From an uncultured Gemmatimonadales bacterium (GTDB lineage: Bacteria; Gemmatimonadota; Gemmatimonadetes; Gemmatimonadales; GWC2-71-9): a DNA stretch of 64,000 bases. The notes under the pieces were generated by a model. The model searched no databases, was not told the origin of the DNA, and worked only from the letters and a program-made list of their open reading frames with translations. Of the stretch, positions 41,321 through 51,331 are shown in pieces; positions within the stretch are counted from its first letter, which is position 1; each line of letters opens with the position of its first letter. The translations under genes and the position numbers were made by a program. Location of the stretch: positions 320,001 through 384,000 of the forward strand of contig CAVSQW010000015.1 in the NCBI GenBank assembly GCA_963730185.1, given 5' to 3'.

Positions 41321-42940
41321 GTGAAACGAGCTCTGGTCCTTCTCGCACTCGCGCCGGGTCTCCTTCACGCCCAGCGTCCGACCGTTCCCGTGATCCGCGA
41401 CTCGCTGGACGTGGTGATCACCGGCGGACGGATCATCGACGGCACCGGGCGGGCGCCCTTTCCCGGAGAGGTCGGGGTTCGGGGTGGCTGGATCGTCAAG
41501 GTCACGCCCCCGGGCGGTCTGGCGCGCTGGCCGGCACGGTCCCGGATCGACGCTTCCGGCCTGGTGGTGTCGCCCGGCTTCATCGACGTCCACAGTCATA
41601 CCGTCGACGCGATCATCAACCCGGACCGGCGCTGGAACGAGGGTGTGATCCGGCAGGGCGTGACGACCGTGGTGGGCGGCCCCGACGGCGGCTACGCGCC
41701 GGACCGGATGCGTAGCGTGATCGACGCCCTGAACCGGCAGGGAGCGGGCACCAACGTCGCGCTCTATGTCGGGCACAACGGGATTCGGCGGGCGGTCATG
41801 GGATCCGATCACCGGGCCCCGACCCCGGACGAGCTGGCGAAGATGAAGGCCATGGTCCGGGAGGGAATGGAGCTCGGGGCGGTCGGACTCTCGACCGGCC
41901 TCATGTACGAGCCGGGGATGTTCAGCACCACCGACGAGGTGGTGGAGCTGGCCCGGGAAGTGAAGCCGTTCCACGGGATCTACGACTCGCACGTGCGCGA
42001 CCCGGTCAAGCGGTTCGTCTGGTCCGACCAGGAGGCGCTGACCATCGGCGAGCAGGCGGGGATTCCGCCCAAGCTGGGGCACCTCAAAGGTGTGAGCCTC
42101 GAGAACGCCGGGAAGATCGAGGAGGTCATCGCCCTGGTGAACGCGGCCCGGCTGCGGGGAGTCGACGCGGTGAGCGATCAGTATCCCTACGACGGGGCCG
42201 CCACCGCCACGCTGAACGACATCATCGTGGTCCCGACCGACCTTCGGAAACCGGATTTCGACCTGAAGGCGGCCCTCCGCGATCGGGCCACCCGGGCCCG
42301 TTTGAAGGAGACGAGCGAGCAGGGGATCGACGGCGGGTTCGCCTGGCTCAAGGCGACGGGGTATTCGGCCATGCGGATCACCACCAGCGACGACGACCCG
42401 ACCCTGGTGGGCCAGTATCTGTCCGAGCTGGCGAGCGCCCGACACCAGGACCCCTTCGACCTGGTGGCGGACCTGATCATCGCCGCGCCGCACCCGATCG
42501 GGATCACCCTCGGCGCCATCAAGGAAGAGGACGTGCAGGCGTTGATGGTCCAGCCCTGGGACATGATCGCGAGCGACGGCGGCTACGCCGACTCCAAGAC
42601 GGAGATGATGGGGCATCCCCGGTCGACCGGCACGTTCCCCCGGGTCCTGGGACACTACGTCCGCGACGTCAAGCTCTTTCCGCTGGAGGAGGGCGTCCGG
42701 AAGATGACGTCCCTGCCCGCGGACTGGATCGGGCTCCACGATCGGGGGCGGGTGTTCGAAGGCCAGGCGGCCGATCTCACCGTCTTCGACCCGAAGACGA
42801 TCGCGGACCGGTCGACCTGGACGGAGCCGGGCCGGATGGCGGTGGGGGTGCGGGACGTGTTGGTGAACGGGGTGCTGGTGCTCCGGAACGGCGAGATGAC
42901 CGGCGCGGCCCCGGGTCGATATCTTAGGGGACGACGCTAG
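41321..42940 (+). CDS. N-acyl-D-amino-acid deacylase family amidohydrolase, secreted
   Basis: Signal peptide, PGFIDVHSH, GLSTGLMY, SHVRD, DQYPY, HPRSTGTFPR. Confidence 0.9.
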   Translation: MKRALVLLALAPGLLHAQRPTVPVIRDSLDVVITGGRIIDGTGRAPFPGEVGVRGGWIVKVTPPGGLARWPARSRIDASGLVVSPGFIDVHSHTVDAIINPDRRWNEGVIRQGVTTVVGGPDGGYAPDRMRSVIDALNRQGAGTNVALYVGHNGIRRAVMGSDHRAPTPDELAKMKAMVREGMELGAVGLSTGLMYEPGMFSTTDEVVELAREVKPFHGIYDSHVRDPVKRFVWSDQEALTIGEQAGIPPKLGHLKGVSLENAGKIEEVIALVNAARLRGVDAVSDQYPYDGAATATLNDIIVVPTDLRKPDFDLKAALRDRATRARLKETSEQGIDGGFAWLKATGYSAMRITTSDDDPTLVGQYLSELASARHQDPFDLVADLIIAAPHPIGITLGAIKEEDVQALMVQPWDMIASDGGYADSKTEMMGHPRSTGTFPRVLGHYVRDVKLFPLEEGVRKMTSLPADWIGLHDRGRVFEGQAADLTVFDPKTIADRSTWTEPGRMAVGVRDVLVNGVLVLRNGEMTGAAPGRYLRGRR

Positions 42941-42976
42941 CCCTTCCGAAGCCTCGACGATGCAAAGGAGCTCCTC

Positions 42977-43501
42977 ATGGCGGTCATGCCTCCAATCAAC
43001 CTCAAGCGGTGGGTCGACGAGCATCGTGAATTCCTGAAGCCCCCGGTCGGGAACAAGATGGTCTGGCAGGACCGGGAGTTCCTGGTGATGGTGGTGGGCG
43101 GTCCCAACCAGCGGAAGGACTTCCACGTCGAGGACGGCGAGGAGTTCTTCTACCAGATCGAGGGCGACATCACGGTCCGGATCCTCGACGACGGCCAGGT
43201 AAAGGACATCGCGATCAAGGAAGGGGAGATGTTCCTCCTTCCGGCCGGGATTCCGCATTCGCCGCAACGCCCGGCCAACACGGTCGGGATGGTGATCGAG
43301 CGGCAGCGGGCCAGCGACGAGCGCGACCATCTCCGCTGGTTCTGCGAGGGCTGCGGCGACGTGCTCTACGACGCCGGCTTCGAGCTGGTGGACCTGGGCA
43401 AGCAGCTCAAGCCGATCATCGAAGGGTTCTACGCCGACGAGTCGCTCCGGACCTGCAAGAAGTGCGGGGCCGTGATGGCCGTGCCGGCGGCCCGGAAGTG
43501 A
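42977..43501 (+). CDS. nbaC: 3-hydroxyanthranilate 3,4-dioxygenase
   Basis: [35 protein letters not shown]...CKKC rubredoxin-like site. Confidence 0.96.
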   Translation: MAVMPPINLKRWVDEHREFLKPPVGNKMVWQDREFLVMVVGGPNQRKDFHVEDGEEFFYQIEGDITVRILDDGQVKDIAIKEGEMFLLPAGIPHSPQRPANTVGMVIERQRASDERDHLRWFCEGCGDVLYDAGFELVDLGKQLKPIIEGFYADESLRTCKKCGAVMAVPAARK

Positions 43502-43505
43502 CCCG

Positions 43506-44523
43506 GTGACGCTGAAGATCGATCTCCATACTCATATCCTCCCCGAGTCGTGGCCGGATCTCCACGACCGGTACGGCTACGGTGGCTTCGTTCAGCTCGA
43601 GCATTTCGCGCCCTGCCGGGCGCGGATGCTCGTGGACGGGCGGTTCTTCCGCGAGATCGAGGACAACTGCTGGGAGCCCCGCCGCCGGATCGCCGACTGC
43701 GATCGCGACGGGGTGGGGGTGCAGGTGCTCTCCACCGTGCCGGTGATGTTCAGCTACTGGGCTCGCCCAGCCGACGCGCACGATCTGGCTCGGATCCTCA
43801 ACGACCACCTGGCCTGGGTGGTGGCCACCAATCCCAAGCGATTCGTCGGCCTCGCCACGGTGCCCCTTCAGGCGCCCGACCTGGCGATCCGAGGAGCTGG
43901 AGCGGGCGGTGACCGACCTGGGGCTGGCCGGGGTGGAGATCGGCACCCACGTCAACGAGTGGAACCTCGACGCGCCCGAGCTCTTTCCCTTCTTCGAGCG
44001 GGCCGCCCAGCTCGGCGCGGCGGTGTTCGTCCACCCCTGGGAGATGCTGGCCCCCGAGCGGATGCAGAGGTACTGGCTCCGGTGGCTGGTGGGGATGCCG
44101 ACCGAGACGGCCCTGGCGATCGCCTCGGTGATCTTCGGCGGCCTCCTGGACCGGTTGCCCACGCTCCGGCTCTGCTTTGCCCACGGCGGCGGGTCGTTCC
44201 CGGCGATCCTGGGCCGGATGGAGCACGGCTTCGACGCCCGGCCGGACCTGGTGGCGGTGGCGACCTCGCGGCCGCCGTCGTCCTATCTGGGGCGGTTCTT
44301 CGTCGACAGCCTGACCCACGACGCCGAGATGCTGCGCCGGTTGGTCAGCCTCCTGGGCGCCAACCGGATCGCCCTCGGTACCGACTATCCCTTCCCGCTG
44401 GGCGAAACCAGGCCCGGGGCGCTGATCGAGAGCATGCCCGATCTCGACCCCGAGACCCGCGAATGGCTGTTTTCGAAGAGCGCCCTCGAATTCCTGAACC
44501 GGACGCCGGAACAGTTCCAGTGA
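43506..44523 (+). CDS. nbaD: 2-amino-3-carboxymuconate-6-semialdehyde decarboxylase (ACMSD) with apparent +1 frameshift at about 43890
   Basis: IDLHTH and [11 protein letters not shown] in one frame; [19 protein letters not shown] and GTDYPF in the next; removing one C gives [14 protein letters not shown]. Confidence 0.9.
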
Positions 44524-45806
44524 GCGAATCCTACTCCCCCGACGAAGCCTGGGCCCGTGCCCAGGACGCGGCCGATCCCTTGGGTTCCGTGCGAGGCGAG
44601 TTCGAGCTTCCCCGCGACGCGGACGGCGAGCCCCTGGTCTACCTCTGTGGCAACTCGCTCGGCCTGATGCCGCGCCGGGTCCGGGAGCTGATGACGCAGG
44701 AGCTGGAGGACTGGTCGCGGCTGGCCGTCGAGGGCCACATGACGGCCCGGACCCCGTGGTTCTCCTACCACGAGAACTTCCGCGAGACGGGCGCCCGCCT
44801 GGTCGGCGGCCGCCCGGGCGAAGTGGTGATGATGAACGCCCTCACGGTGAACCTCCACCTCATGCTGGTGAGCTTCTACCGGCCGTCGGGCGCCCGGACC
44901 AAGATCGTGATCGAGACGGCGGCGTTTCCCTCGGACACCTACGCCGTGCGCTCGCACCTGGCCAGCCGGGGTCTGGACCCCGACGAGGCGGTGTTGGTGG
45001 TCGAGCCTCGCCCGGGTGAGGAGACGATCCGGACCGAGGACATCGAGCGACTCCTGGAGGAGCGCGGCGCCGAGATCGCGCTGGTGATGCTGCCCGGCAT
45101 TCAGTACTACACCGGGCAGCGATTCGACCTGGCGCGGATCACCCGGGCCGCCCACCGGGCGGGCGCGGTGGCGGGGTTCGACCTGGCCCACGCGGTCGGC
45201 AACGTGCCGCTCGCGCTCCACGACTGGGACGCCGACTTCGCGGTCTGGTGCAACTACAAGTACCTGAACGGCGGCCCCGGCGCGGTGGGTGGGTGTTTCG
45301 TGCACGAGCGTCACGGGCGCGAGCTCGACCGGCCCCGGTTCGCGGGCTGGTGGGGGAACGATCCAGCCACCCGCTTCCGGCTCCATCTCAACGCCACCTT
45401 CGTGCCTCGCGAGGGGGCGGACGGTTGGCAGATCAGCAATCCGCAGGTCCTGTCGCTCACCCCGCTCCTGGCCTCGCTGGAGCAGTTCGACCGGGTTGGG
45501 ATGGACGCGCTTCGGCGGAAGTCGGAGCGGCTCACCGGTTACCTGGCTTGGTGGATCGACCGGCTGCCGGCCGGCCGGGTCAAGGTTCTCACCCCGCCCG
45601 ACCCGTCGGAGCGGGGCTGCCAGCTCTCGCTCTTCGTGGCCGAGGGCGGCCGGGCGCTGTTCGACGCGGTCCGGGCCCGGGGGATCCTGGGCGACTTCCG
45701 CCAGCCGGGGGTGATCCGGATGGCTCCGACCCCGATGTACAACACCTTTCACGAAGTCTGGCGGGTCGGTCGGGCGCTCGAGGAGCTGGTCGGTGGCGCC
45801 GGCTGA
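44520..45806 (+). CDS. kynU: Kynureninase
   Basis: [42 protein letters not shown] 44520 overlaps the ACMSD stop. Confidence 0.96.
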   Translation: MSESYSPDEAWARAQDAADPLGSVRGEFELPRDADGEPLVYLCGNSLGLMPRRVRELMTQELEDWSRLAVEGHMTARTPWFSYHENFRETGARLVGGRPGEVVMMNALTVNLHLMLVSFYRPSGARTKIVIETAAFPSDTYAVRSHLASRGLDPDEAVLVVEPRPGEETIRTEDIERLLEERGAEIALVMLPGIQYYTGQRFDLARITRAAHRAGAVAGFDLAHAVGNVPLALHDWDADFAVWCNYKYLNGGPGAVGGCFVHERHGRELDRPRFAGWWGNDPATRFRLHLNATFVPREGADGWQISNPQVLSLTPLLASLEQFDRVGMDALRRKSERLTGYLAWWIDRLPAGRVKVLTPPDPSERGCQLSLFVAEGGRALFDAVRARGILGDFRQPGVIRMAPTPMYNTFHEVWRVGRALEELVGGAG

Positions 45807-47130
45807 GGGCGGATCGCCCCGCTTCGTGGTGGTCGGGGCCGGCCTGGTCGGCTCGATGATCGCCGCGCTGCTCGGCCGGAAGGGGTACGCCGTCGAGCTG
45901 CTCGAGCGGCGCGGCGATCCCCGCGGCGGCCCGGTGGAGGGCGGCCGGAGCATCAACCTCGCGATCTCGGCCCGGGGGCTGCACGCCCTGGCCCAGCTGG
46001 GGCTCGAGGACACCATCCTCCGGCTCGCGGTGCCGCTCTATGGGCGGATGATCCACTCGACCACCGGCCAGCTGGCGTTTCAGCCGTACGGGATCGGGAA
46101 GCAGGCCATCAACTCGTTTTCGCGCGCCGAGCTCAACCTGGCCCTGGTCCGGGCGGCGACCGCGTCGCCGTCGGTGACGCTCCGGTTTGCCCGGCGGATC
46201 ACCGACGTCGACCTCGCGACCGGGACGGTGACCCACGTCGACGCCGACACCGGTCTCGACCCCGACACGAGCGTCGGGGTGGTGATCGGCGCCGACGGCG
46301 CGTTCTCGGCCGTGCGCGCCGCGCTCCAGCGGCGCGACCACCAGGACTACTCGCAGAGCTACCTCGCCCACGGCTACAAGGAGCTGGCGATCCCCGCCGC
46401 GCCGGACGGGAGCCCGCGGCTGGAGACCAACGCGCTCCACATCTGGCCCCGGGGCGGGTTCATGATGATGGCGATGGCCAACCCGGACCACTCGTTCACG
46501 GTCACGCTCTACCTCCCGATGACCGGGCCGAACGGCTTCGCCGCGCTCCAGACGCCCGACCAGGTGACCACGTTCTTCGAGCGGGAGTTCCCCGACGCGA
46601 TGCCGCTGATTCCCGATCTCCGGGAGGCGTTCTTCGCCAATCCGACCGGGTCGATGGTGACCGTCCGGACGCTGCCCTGGCACGCGGGCGACCGGGCGGT
46701 CCTGATCGGCGACGCGGCCCACGCGATCGTGCCCTTCTACGGCCAGGGCGCCAACGCGGGGTTCGAGGACTGCCTGGCGCTGCTCGACGCCATCGACTCG
46801 GCGGGCGGGGCCCTGGAGCCGGCGTTCGCCCGGTACGAGGCCGAGCGGAAGCCCAACACCGACGCGATCGCCGACCTCGCGATCGTCAACTTCTACGAGA
46901 TGCGCGATCACGTGGCGTCCCGGGCCTTCCTTTGGTGGAAGCGGCTGGAGAAGCTCCTGCACCGGTTCTTCCCGACCTGGTACCTGCCGCTCTACACCAT
47001 GATCTCGTTCACCTTGATCCCCTACGCGGAGGCGCGCGACCGGGCTCGGCGCCAGATCCAGGGACTCCGGTGGATGGCCGCCGGGGTCGGGCTGGCGCTC
47101 CTGGCCGGCGTGGTCCTCCTCTTCACCTGA
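45793..47130 (+). CDS. kmo: Kynurenine 3-monooxygenase
   Basis: [47 protein letters not shown]. Confidence 0.95.
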   Translation: MAPAEGGSPRFVVVGAGLVGSMIAALLGRKGYAVELLERRGDPRGGPVEGGRSINLAISARGLHALAQLGLEDTILRLAVPLYGRMIHSTTGQLAFQPYGIGKQAINSFSRAELNLALVRAATASPSVTLRFARRITDVDLATGTVTHVDADTGLDPDTSVGVVIGADGAFSAVRAALQRRDHQDYSQSYLAHGYKELAIPAAPDGSPRLETNALHIWPRGGFMMMAMANPDHSFTVTLYLPMTGPNGFAALQTPDQVTTFFEREFPDAMPLIPDLREAFFANPTGSMVTVRTLPWHAGDRAVLIGDAAHAIVPFYGQGANAGFEDCLALLDAIDSAGGALEPAFARYEAERKPNTDAIADLAIVNFYEMRDHVASRAFLWWKRLEKLLHRFFPTWYLPLYTMISFTLIPYAEARDRARRQIQGLRWMAAGVGLALLAGVVLLFT

Positions 47131-47147
47131 ACGGGTTCGGTCCGGCC

Positions 47148-47930
47148 ATGGCGCTCACCTATTCCTCGTACCTCGGCCTCGACGAGCTGCTCGAGCTCCA
47201 ACGGCCCCGCTCGTCGCCGCCGGAGCACGACGAGATCCTGTTCATCGTCATCCACCAGACCTACGAGCTCTGGTTCAAGCAGATCCTGCACGAGACGGCC
47301 AAGGTGATGCGGGACCTCGAGGGCAACGACCTCTTCGGGGCGATCGCGACCTTCAAGCGGGTCCGCACCATCATGAAGACGCTGGTGGGGCAGCTCGACG
47401 TGCTGGAGACGATGACCCCGCTCTCGTTCGCGTCGTTCCGGAGCCGGCTCGACACGGCGTCGGGTTTTCAGTCGTTCCAGTTCCGCGAGGTGGAGTTCGT
47501 CTACGGCTACAAACGACGCGAGGTCATGGGCGCGGTGCCGGCCACCGGGCCGGGCCGGGCCCGGGCCGAAGCCCGTCTCGACCAGCCCACCGTGGTCGAT
47601 GCGTTCTACCGGTTTCTGGCGCAGCGCGGCGCCTCGGTCCCGGCGGAGCTCCTGACCCGGGACCTCTCGGAGGCGACCCAGCCGAACGAGGCGCTCCAGG
47701 ACGAGATCTTCCGGCTCTACCTGAGTCAGCCGGAACTGGTGATCCTGTTCGAGCTGATGACCGACTTCGACGAGGGCTTGCAGGAGTGGCGCTACCGGCA
47801 CGTGAAGCTGGTGGAGCGGACCATCGGCGCCAAGAAGGGAACCGGCGGCTCGGCCGGGGTCGAGTTTCTGAAGGCGTCCCTCTTCAAGCCGCTCTTCCCG
47901 GACCTCTGGGCGGTCCGCTACCGGATGTAG
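47148..47930 (+). CDS. kynA: Tryptophan 2,3-dioxygenase
   Basis: HDEILFIVIHQTYELWFKQ, ASGFQSFQFR, WRYRH, GTGGS. Confidence 0.96.
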   Translation: MALTYSSYLGLDELLELQRPRSSPPEHDEILFIVIHQTYELWFKQILHETAKVMRDLEGNDLFGAIATFKRVRTIMKTLVGQLDVLETMTPLSFASFRSRLDTASGFQSFQFREVEFVYGYKRREVMGAVPATGPGRARAEARLDQPTVVDAFYRFLAQRGASVPAELLTRDLSEATQPNEALQDEIFRLYLSQPELVILFELMTDFDEGLQEWRYRHVKLVERTIGAKKGTGGSAGVEFLKASLFKPLFPDLWAVRYRM

Positions 47931-47934
47931 AGTC

Positions 47935-48562
47935 GTGACGATCTACGACCTGACCCCGGCGGTCACCCCGGCGCTCGGCGTCTGGCCGGGCGACACCCCA
48001 CCGAGCCGCGAGGTGCTGTTGGACCTGGCCCGGGGCGACTCGGTCACCCTGTCCACCCTCCGAGCGACGGTGCACCTGGGCGCCCATGCCGACGCCCCGA
48101 GCCACTATGGGCGTGGCCGGCGACGACATCGCCTCCCGGCCGCTCGACCTCTATCTCGGTCGGTGTCAGGTCGTCCGGGTCAGGGCGGAGCGGGGAACTC
48201 GGGTCGGGTCGGCGATGGTCACGGCGCCGATCACCGAGCCCCGGGTGCTGATCGCCACCGGGACGTTCCCCGATCCGGCCCGATTCAATCCCGACTTCGC
48301 GGCCCTGGAGCCCGACCTGGTGGACGCCTGGCACGCCCGCGGGGTCCGGCTGATCGGGATCGATACGCCGAGCGTGGACCTGCTGGCGTCCAAGGAGCTG
48401 CCGTCCCACCGGCGGTTCCTCGCTCACGACATGGCGATTCTCGAGGGCCTGGTGCTGACCGACGTCCCGGCAGGGATCTACGAGCTGATCGCCCTGCCGC
48501 TCCCGTTGGCGGGCTTCGACGCGAGCCCGGTCCGGGCCGTGCTCCGCACCCTGCCCGGTTAG
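47935..48562 (+). CDS. kynB: Kynurenine formamidase (cyclase family) with apparent +1 frameshift at about 48110
   Basis: WPGDTP and HLGAHADAPSH, then IGIDTPSVD, ILEGL and DASPVRA in the next frame; removing one G gives SHYGVAGDDIA. Confidence 0.9.
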
Positions 48563-48972
48563 TCGATCGTCGCGATCACCTTGAGCTCGATCGCGATCGC
48601 CGTGGGCAGGGCGCCCACTTCGACGGTCGTGCGGCTGGGATGGTTGGTCGTGAAGTGCTCGGCGTAGATCCGGTTGAAGGTCGGGAAGTCACCCTTCATG
48701 TCGGTCAGGAACACGGTCACGTCGACCATCCGGTCCCAGTTCGATCCCGAGTCTTCCAGAATGGTCCGCACGTTGGCGAACACCTGGTGACATTGGGCCA
48801 CGATGTCGTGCCGGACCACGATCCCGTCTTCCACGATGTTGCCGGGGACCTGGTCGGTTCCCGGCACCCGCGGCCCGATCCCGGAAAGAAAGAGGAGGTT
48901 GCCCACCCGCCGCGCGTGCGGATAGGCCCCCACCGGCTGCGGCGCCCGCGCCGATCGCACCGTATCACTCAT
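48559..48972 (-). CDS. RidA-family 2-aminomuconate deaminase
   Basis: VGAYPHARRVGNLLFLSGIGPR, RTTVEVGALPTAIAIELKVIA; follows the aldehyde dehydrogenase. Confidence 0.85.
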   Translation of the reverse strand: MSDTVRSARAPQPVGAYPHARRVGNLLFLSGIGPRVPGTDQVPGNIVEDGIVVRHDIVAQCHQVFANVRTILEDSGSNWDRMVDVTVFLTDMKGDFPTFNRIYAEHFTTNHPSRTTVEVGALPTAIAIELKVIATID

Positions 48973-48993
48973 TGCTCACCCCCTTGCCCAGTT

Positions 48994-49031
48994 CGCCGCC
49001 GCCCCCTCCCCATCCCACCCCATCCGCCTAC
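48994..49031 (-). repeat. Solo copy of the GGGATGGGG decamer array
   Basis: Minus strand GTAG GCGGATGGGG TGGGATGGGG AGGGGGCGGCGGCG at and right after the ALDH stop; same unit as 231-280 and 721-760. Confidence 0.65.
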
Positions 49032-50479
49032 CCGTCCACCCTCACACACACGTTCTTGGCCTCGGTGAAGAACCGGATCGCCTCCTCGCCGCCTTCGCGC
49101 CCGACGCCGCTCTGGCCCATTCCACCGAACGGCACCCGGAGATCGCGGAGGAGCCAGCAGTTGACCCAGATGGTGCCGCACCGAACCTGATCGGCCACCC
49201 GGTGGGCCCGGGTCAGGTTGCTGGTCCAGAGCGACGCCGCCAACCCGTAGGCCGAGTCGTTGGCCAGCTCGACGGCGTGGGCCTCGTCCCGGAAGGGGGT
49301 GATCGTGACCACGGGGCCGAAGATCTCTTCCTGATTGGTCCGGCAGCTCATGGGGAGGTCGATCACGACCGTGGGAGCGATGAAGTAGCCGTTCCGAACC
49401 CGCTCCGGCAGGGCCTCGGGGGGACCGCCCCCGGTCAGGATCCGGCCGCCCTCGTCCCGGGCGAGCTGGATGTAGCCGAGGATCTTGTCGCGGTGGGCCG
49501 CGCTGATCACCGCGCCGAGATCGGTGGTGTCGTCCCGCGGGTCTCCCACCCGGAGCCCGGCGACCCGGGCGGTGAACGCGGCGACGAAGGGCTCGTAGAT
49601 CGACGCCTCCACCAGAATCCGGGAGCCGCAGAGGCAGATCTCTCCTTGGTTGGCGAAGGCCGACCGGACCAGGGTCGGAAGGATGGCCTCGAGGTCGCTG
49701 TCGGCGAACACCAGGGTGGGGTTCTTGCCGCCCATCTCGAGGGTCAGCTTCTTGAACAGGGGAGCGGCCACCCGGGCGATCGTGGCCCCGGTCGCGGTCC
49801 CGCCGGTGAACGAGATCGTCTTGACGGCGGGATGTTCCACCAGCGCCGCCCCGGCCCGGCCGCCCAGGCCGTGGACCAGGTTCAGCACGCCGCCCGGCAG
49901 GCCGGCCTCCCGGACCAGCTCGCCGAGGCGGCTGGCGGTCGACGGTGTGAGCTCCGAAGGCTTGGCCACGGCCGTATTTCCCGTGGCGATCGCGGGCGCG
50001 ATCTTCCAGGAGAGGAGGTAGAGCGGGAGGTTCCAGGGCGAGATCAGCCCGGCCACGCCGCGCGGCCGCCGCAGGGTGTAGTTGAGCGCCATCCGGTCGA
50101 GCATGTGGGTCTCGGTGGCGGTGTGGAGGATCGCGGTGGCGAAGAAGCGGAAGTTCTGGGCCGCGCGGGGAATGTCCATCGTGCGGGCGAGCGCGATCGG
50201 CTTGCCGGTGTCGCGCGACTCGAGCCGGGCCAGGCCGTCGAGGTCGCGCTCGATCAGGTCGGCCAGCCGGACCAGGATCCCGGAACGCTCCGCCGCCGGC
50301 GTGGCAGCCCATCCGGGAAAGGCCCGTTCGGCCGCGCGGGCCGCGGCCGCGACGTCCTCGGCGTCGCTGTCGGGAACCTCGACGGCGGGTTCGCCGGTGG
50401 CCGGGTCGACCCGTTCCAGGTAGCGTCCGCCGGCCGGGGCGGCCGGCGTCCCGCCGATGTCGTTCGTGAGACGTTCCAT
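49028..50479 (-). CDS. 2-aminomuconate 6-semialdehyde dehydrogenase (ALDH8/NbaE-like)
   Basis: SPWNLPLYLL, KPSE, FTGG, LEMGGKN, NQGEICLCGSR, EEIFGP, VNCWLLRDLRVPFGG. Confidence 0.92.
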   Translation of the reverse strand: MERLTNDIGGTPAAPAGGRYLERVDPATGEPAVEVPDSDAEDVAAAARAAERAFPGWAATPAAERSGILVRLADLIERDLDGLARLESRDTGKPIALARTMDIPRAAQNFRFFATAILHTATETHMLDRMALNYTLRRPRGVAGLISPWNLPLYLLSWKIAPAIATGNTAVAKPSELTPSTASRLGELVREAGLPGGVLNLVHGLGGRAGAALVEHPAVKTISFTGGTATGATIARVAAPLFKKLTLEMGGKNPTLVFADSDLEAILPTLVRSAFANQGEICLCGSRILVEASIYEPFVAAFTARVAGLRVGDPRDDTTDLGAVISAAHRDKILGYIQLARDEGGRILTGGGPPEALPERVRNGYFIAPTVVIDLPMSCRTNQEEIFGPVVTITPFRDEAHAVELANDSAYGLAASLWTSNLTRAHRVADQVRCGTIWVNCWLLRDLRVPFGGMGQSGVGREGGEEAIRFFTEAKNVCVRVDG

Positions 50480-50502
50480 GTCGTCGTGCCGGGGGCGGAG
50501 GG

Positions 50503-51285
50503 TCAGAGCGCGCTGGTGCGACCGCCGTCGACGGCCAGACTCACGCCGGTGATGTAGCTCGCGTCGGGACCGGCCAGGAAACGGACCGCGGCGGCGATCT
50601 CCTCGGGCTCGCCGAACCGCCCCATCGGGATCTCGGCCTCCAGCTGGGTGGCCACGGCGGCCGGCGGCTGGCCGGTTGCCAGCGCCCGGCGCTCGATGAG
50701 CGACGAGAGCCGGGCGGTCCGGGTCGCGCCCGGCAGGACGTTGTTGACCGTCACCCCCCACCGGCCCACCTCGCCGGCCAGGGTCTTGGCCCAGCTGGCC
50801 ACGGCACCCCGGATCGTGTTGCTGACGCCGAGGCCTTTGATCGGCTGGCGCACCGAGGTGGAGACGATGTTGATGATCCTCCCATAGCCCGCCGTGCGCA
50901 TCCCGGGCAGGACGGCCTGAGCCAGGAGCTGGTTCACGATCAGGTGGCTGGCGAAGGCGGCCTCGAACTGATCCGGCATCGCGTCGGCGATCGGGCCGGC
51001 GGGGGGGCCGCCGGTGTTGTTCACCAGGATATGGAACGTCTTCCCGACCGCGATCGCCTCGTCGACCACCGCGCGCACGTCGGTCGGTCGCCCGAAGTCG
51101 GCGGTGAGGAAGTCGTGCGATTGCCCCTCCGGCCGGGGAAGCGTGTCGCGAGCCTGTTCGAGGCGAGTCGCGTCCCGGGCCAGCAGGAACACGGTGGCGC
51201 CCGCCGCGGCGAGGGCCTGGGCGGACGCCAATCCGATGCCCTGGGTGCTCCCGCACACCAGCGCCAGTCGATCGTGGAGTCTCAT
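50503..51285 (-). CDS. Atypical SDR oxidoreductase (SNxxR in place of YxxxK)
   Basis: CGSTQGIG, LVNNTGGP, GLGVSNTIRGA, VNNVLPG, VDGG. Confidence 0.9.
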   Translation of the reverse strand: MRLHDRLALVCGSTQGIGLASAQALAAAGATVFLLARDATRLEQARDTLPRPEGQSHDFLTADFGRPTDVRAVVDEAIAVGKTFHILVNNTGGPPAGPIADAMPDQFEAAFASHLIVNQLLAQAVLPGMRTAGYGRIINIVSTSVRQPIKGLGVSNTIRGAVASWAKTLAGEVGRWGVTVNNVLPGATRTARLSSLIERRALATGQPPAAVATQLEAEIPMGRFGEPEEIAAAVRFLAGPDASYITGVSLAVDGGRTSAL

Positions 51286-51331
51286 GGCCTGAATGCTAGG
51301 GTGGCGGCCGGGTCGCCGCCACCCGAGCAGG

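Noticed and set aside
43506..45806. Apparent ACMSD-kynureninase fusion (766 aa)
   Set aside because: Artefact of the +1 frameshift in ACMSD; kynU has its own GTG overlapping the ACMSD stop
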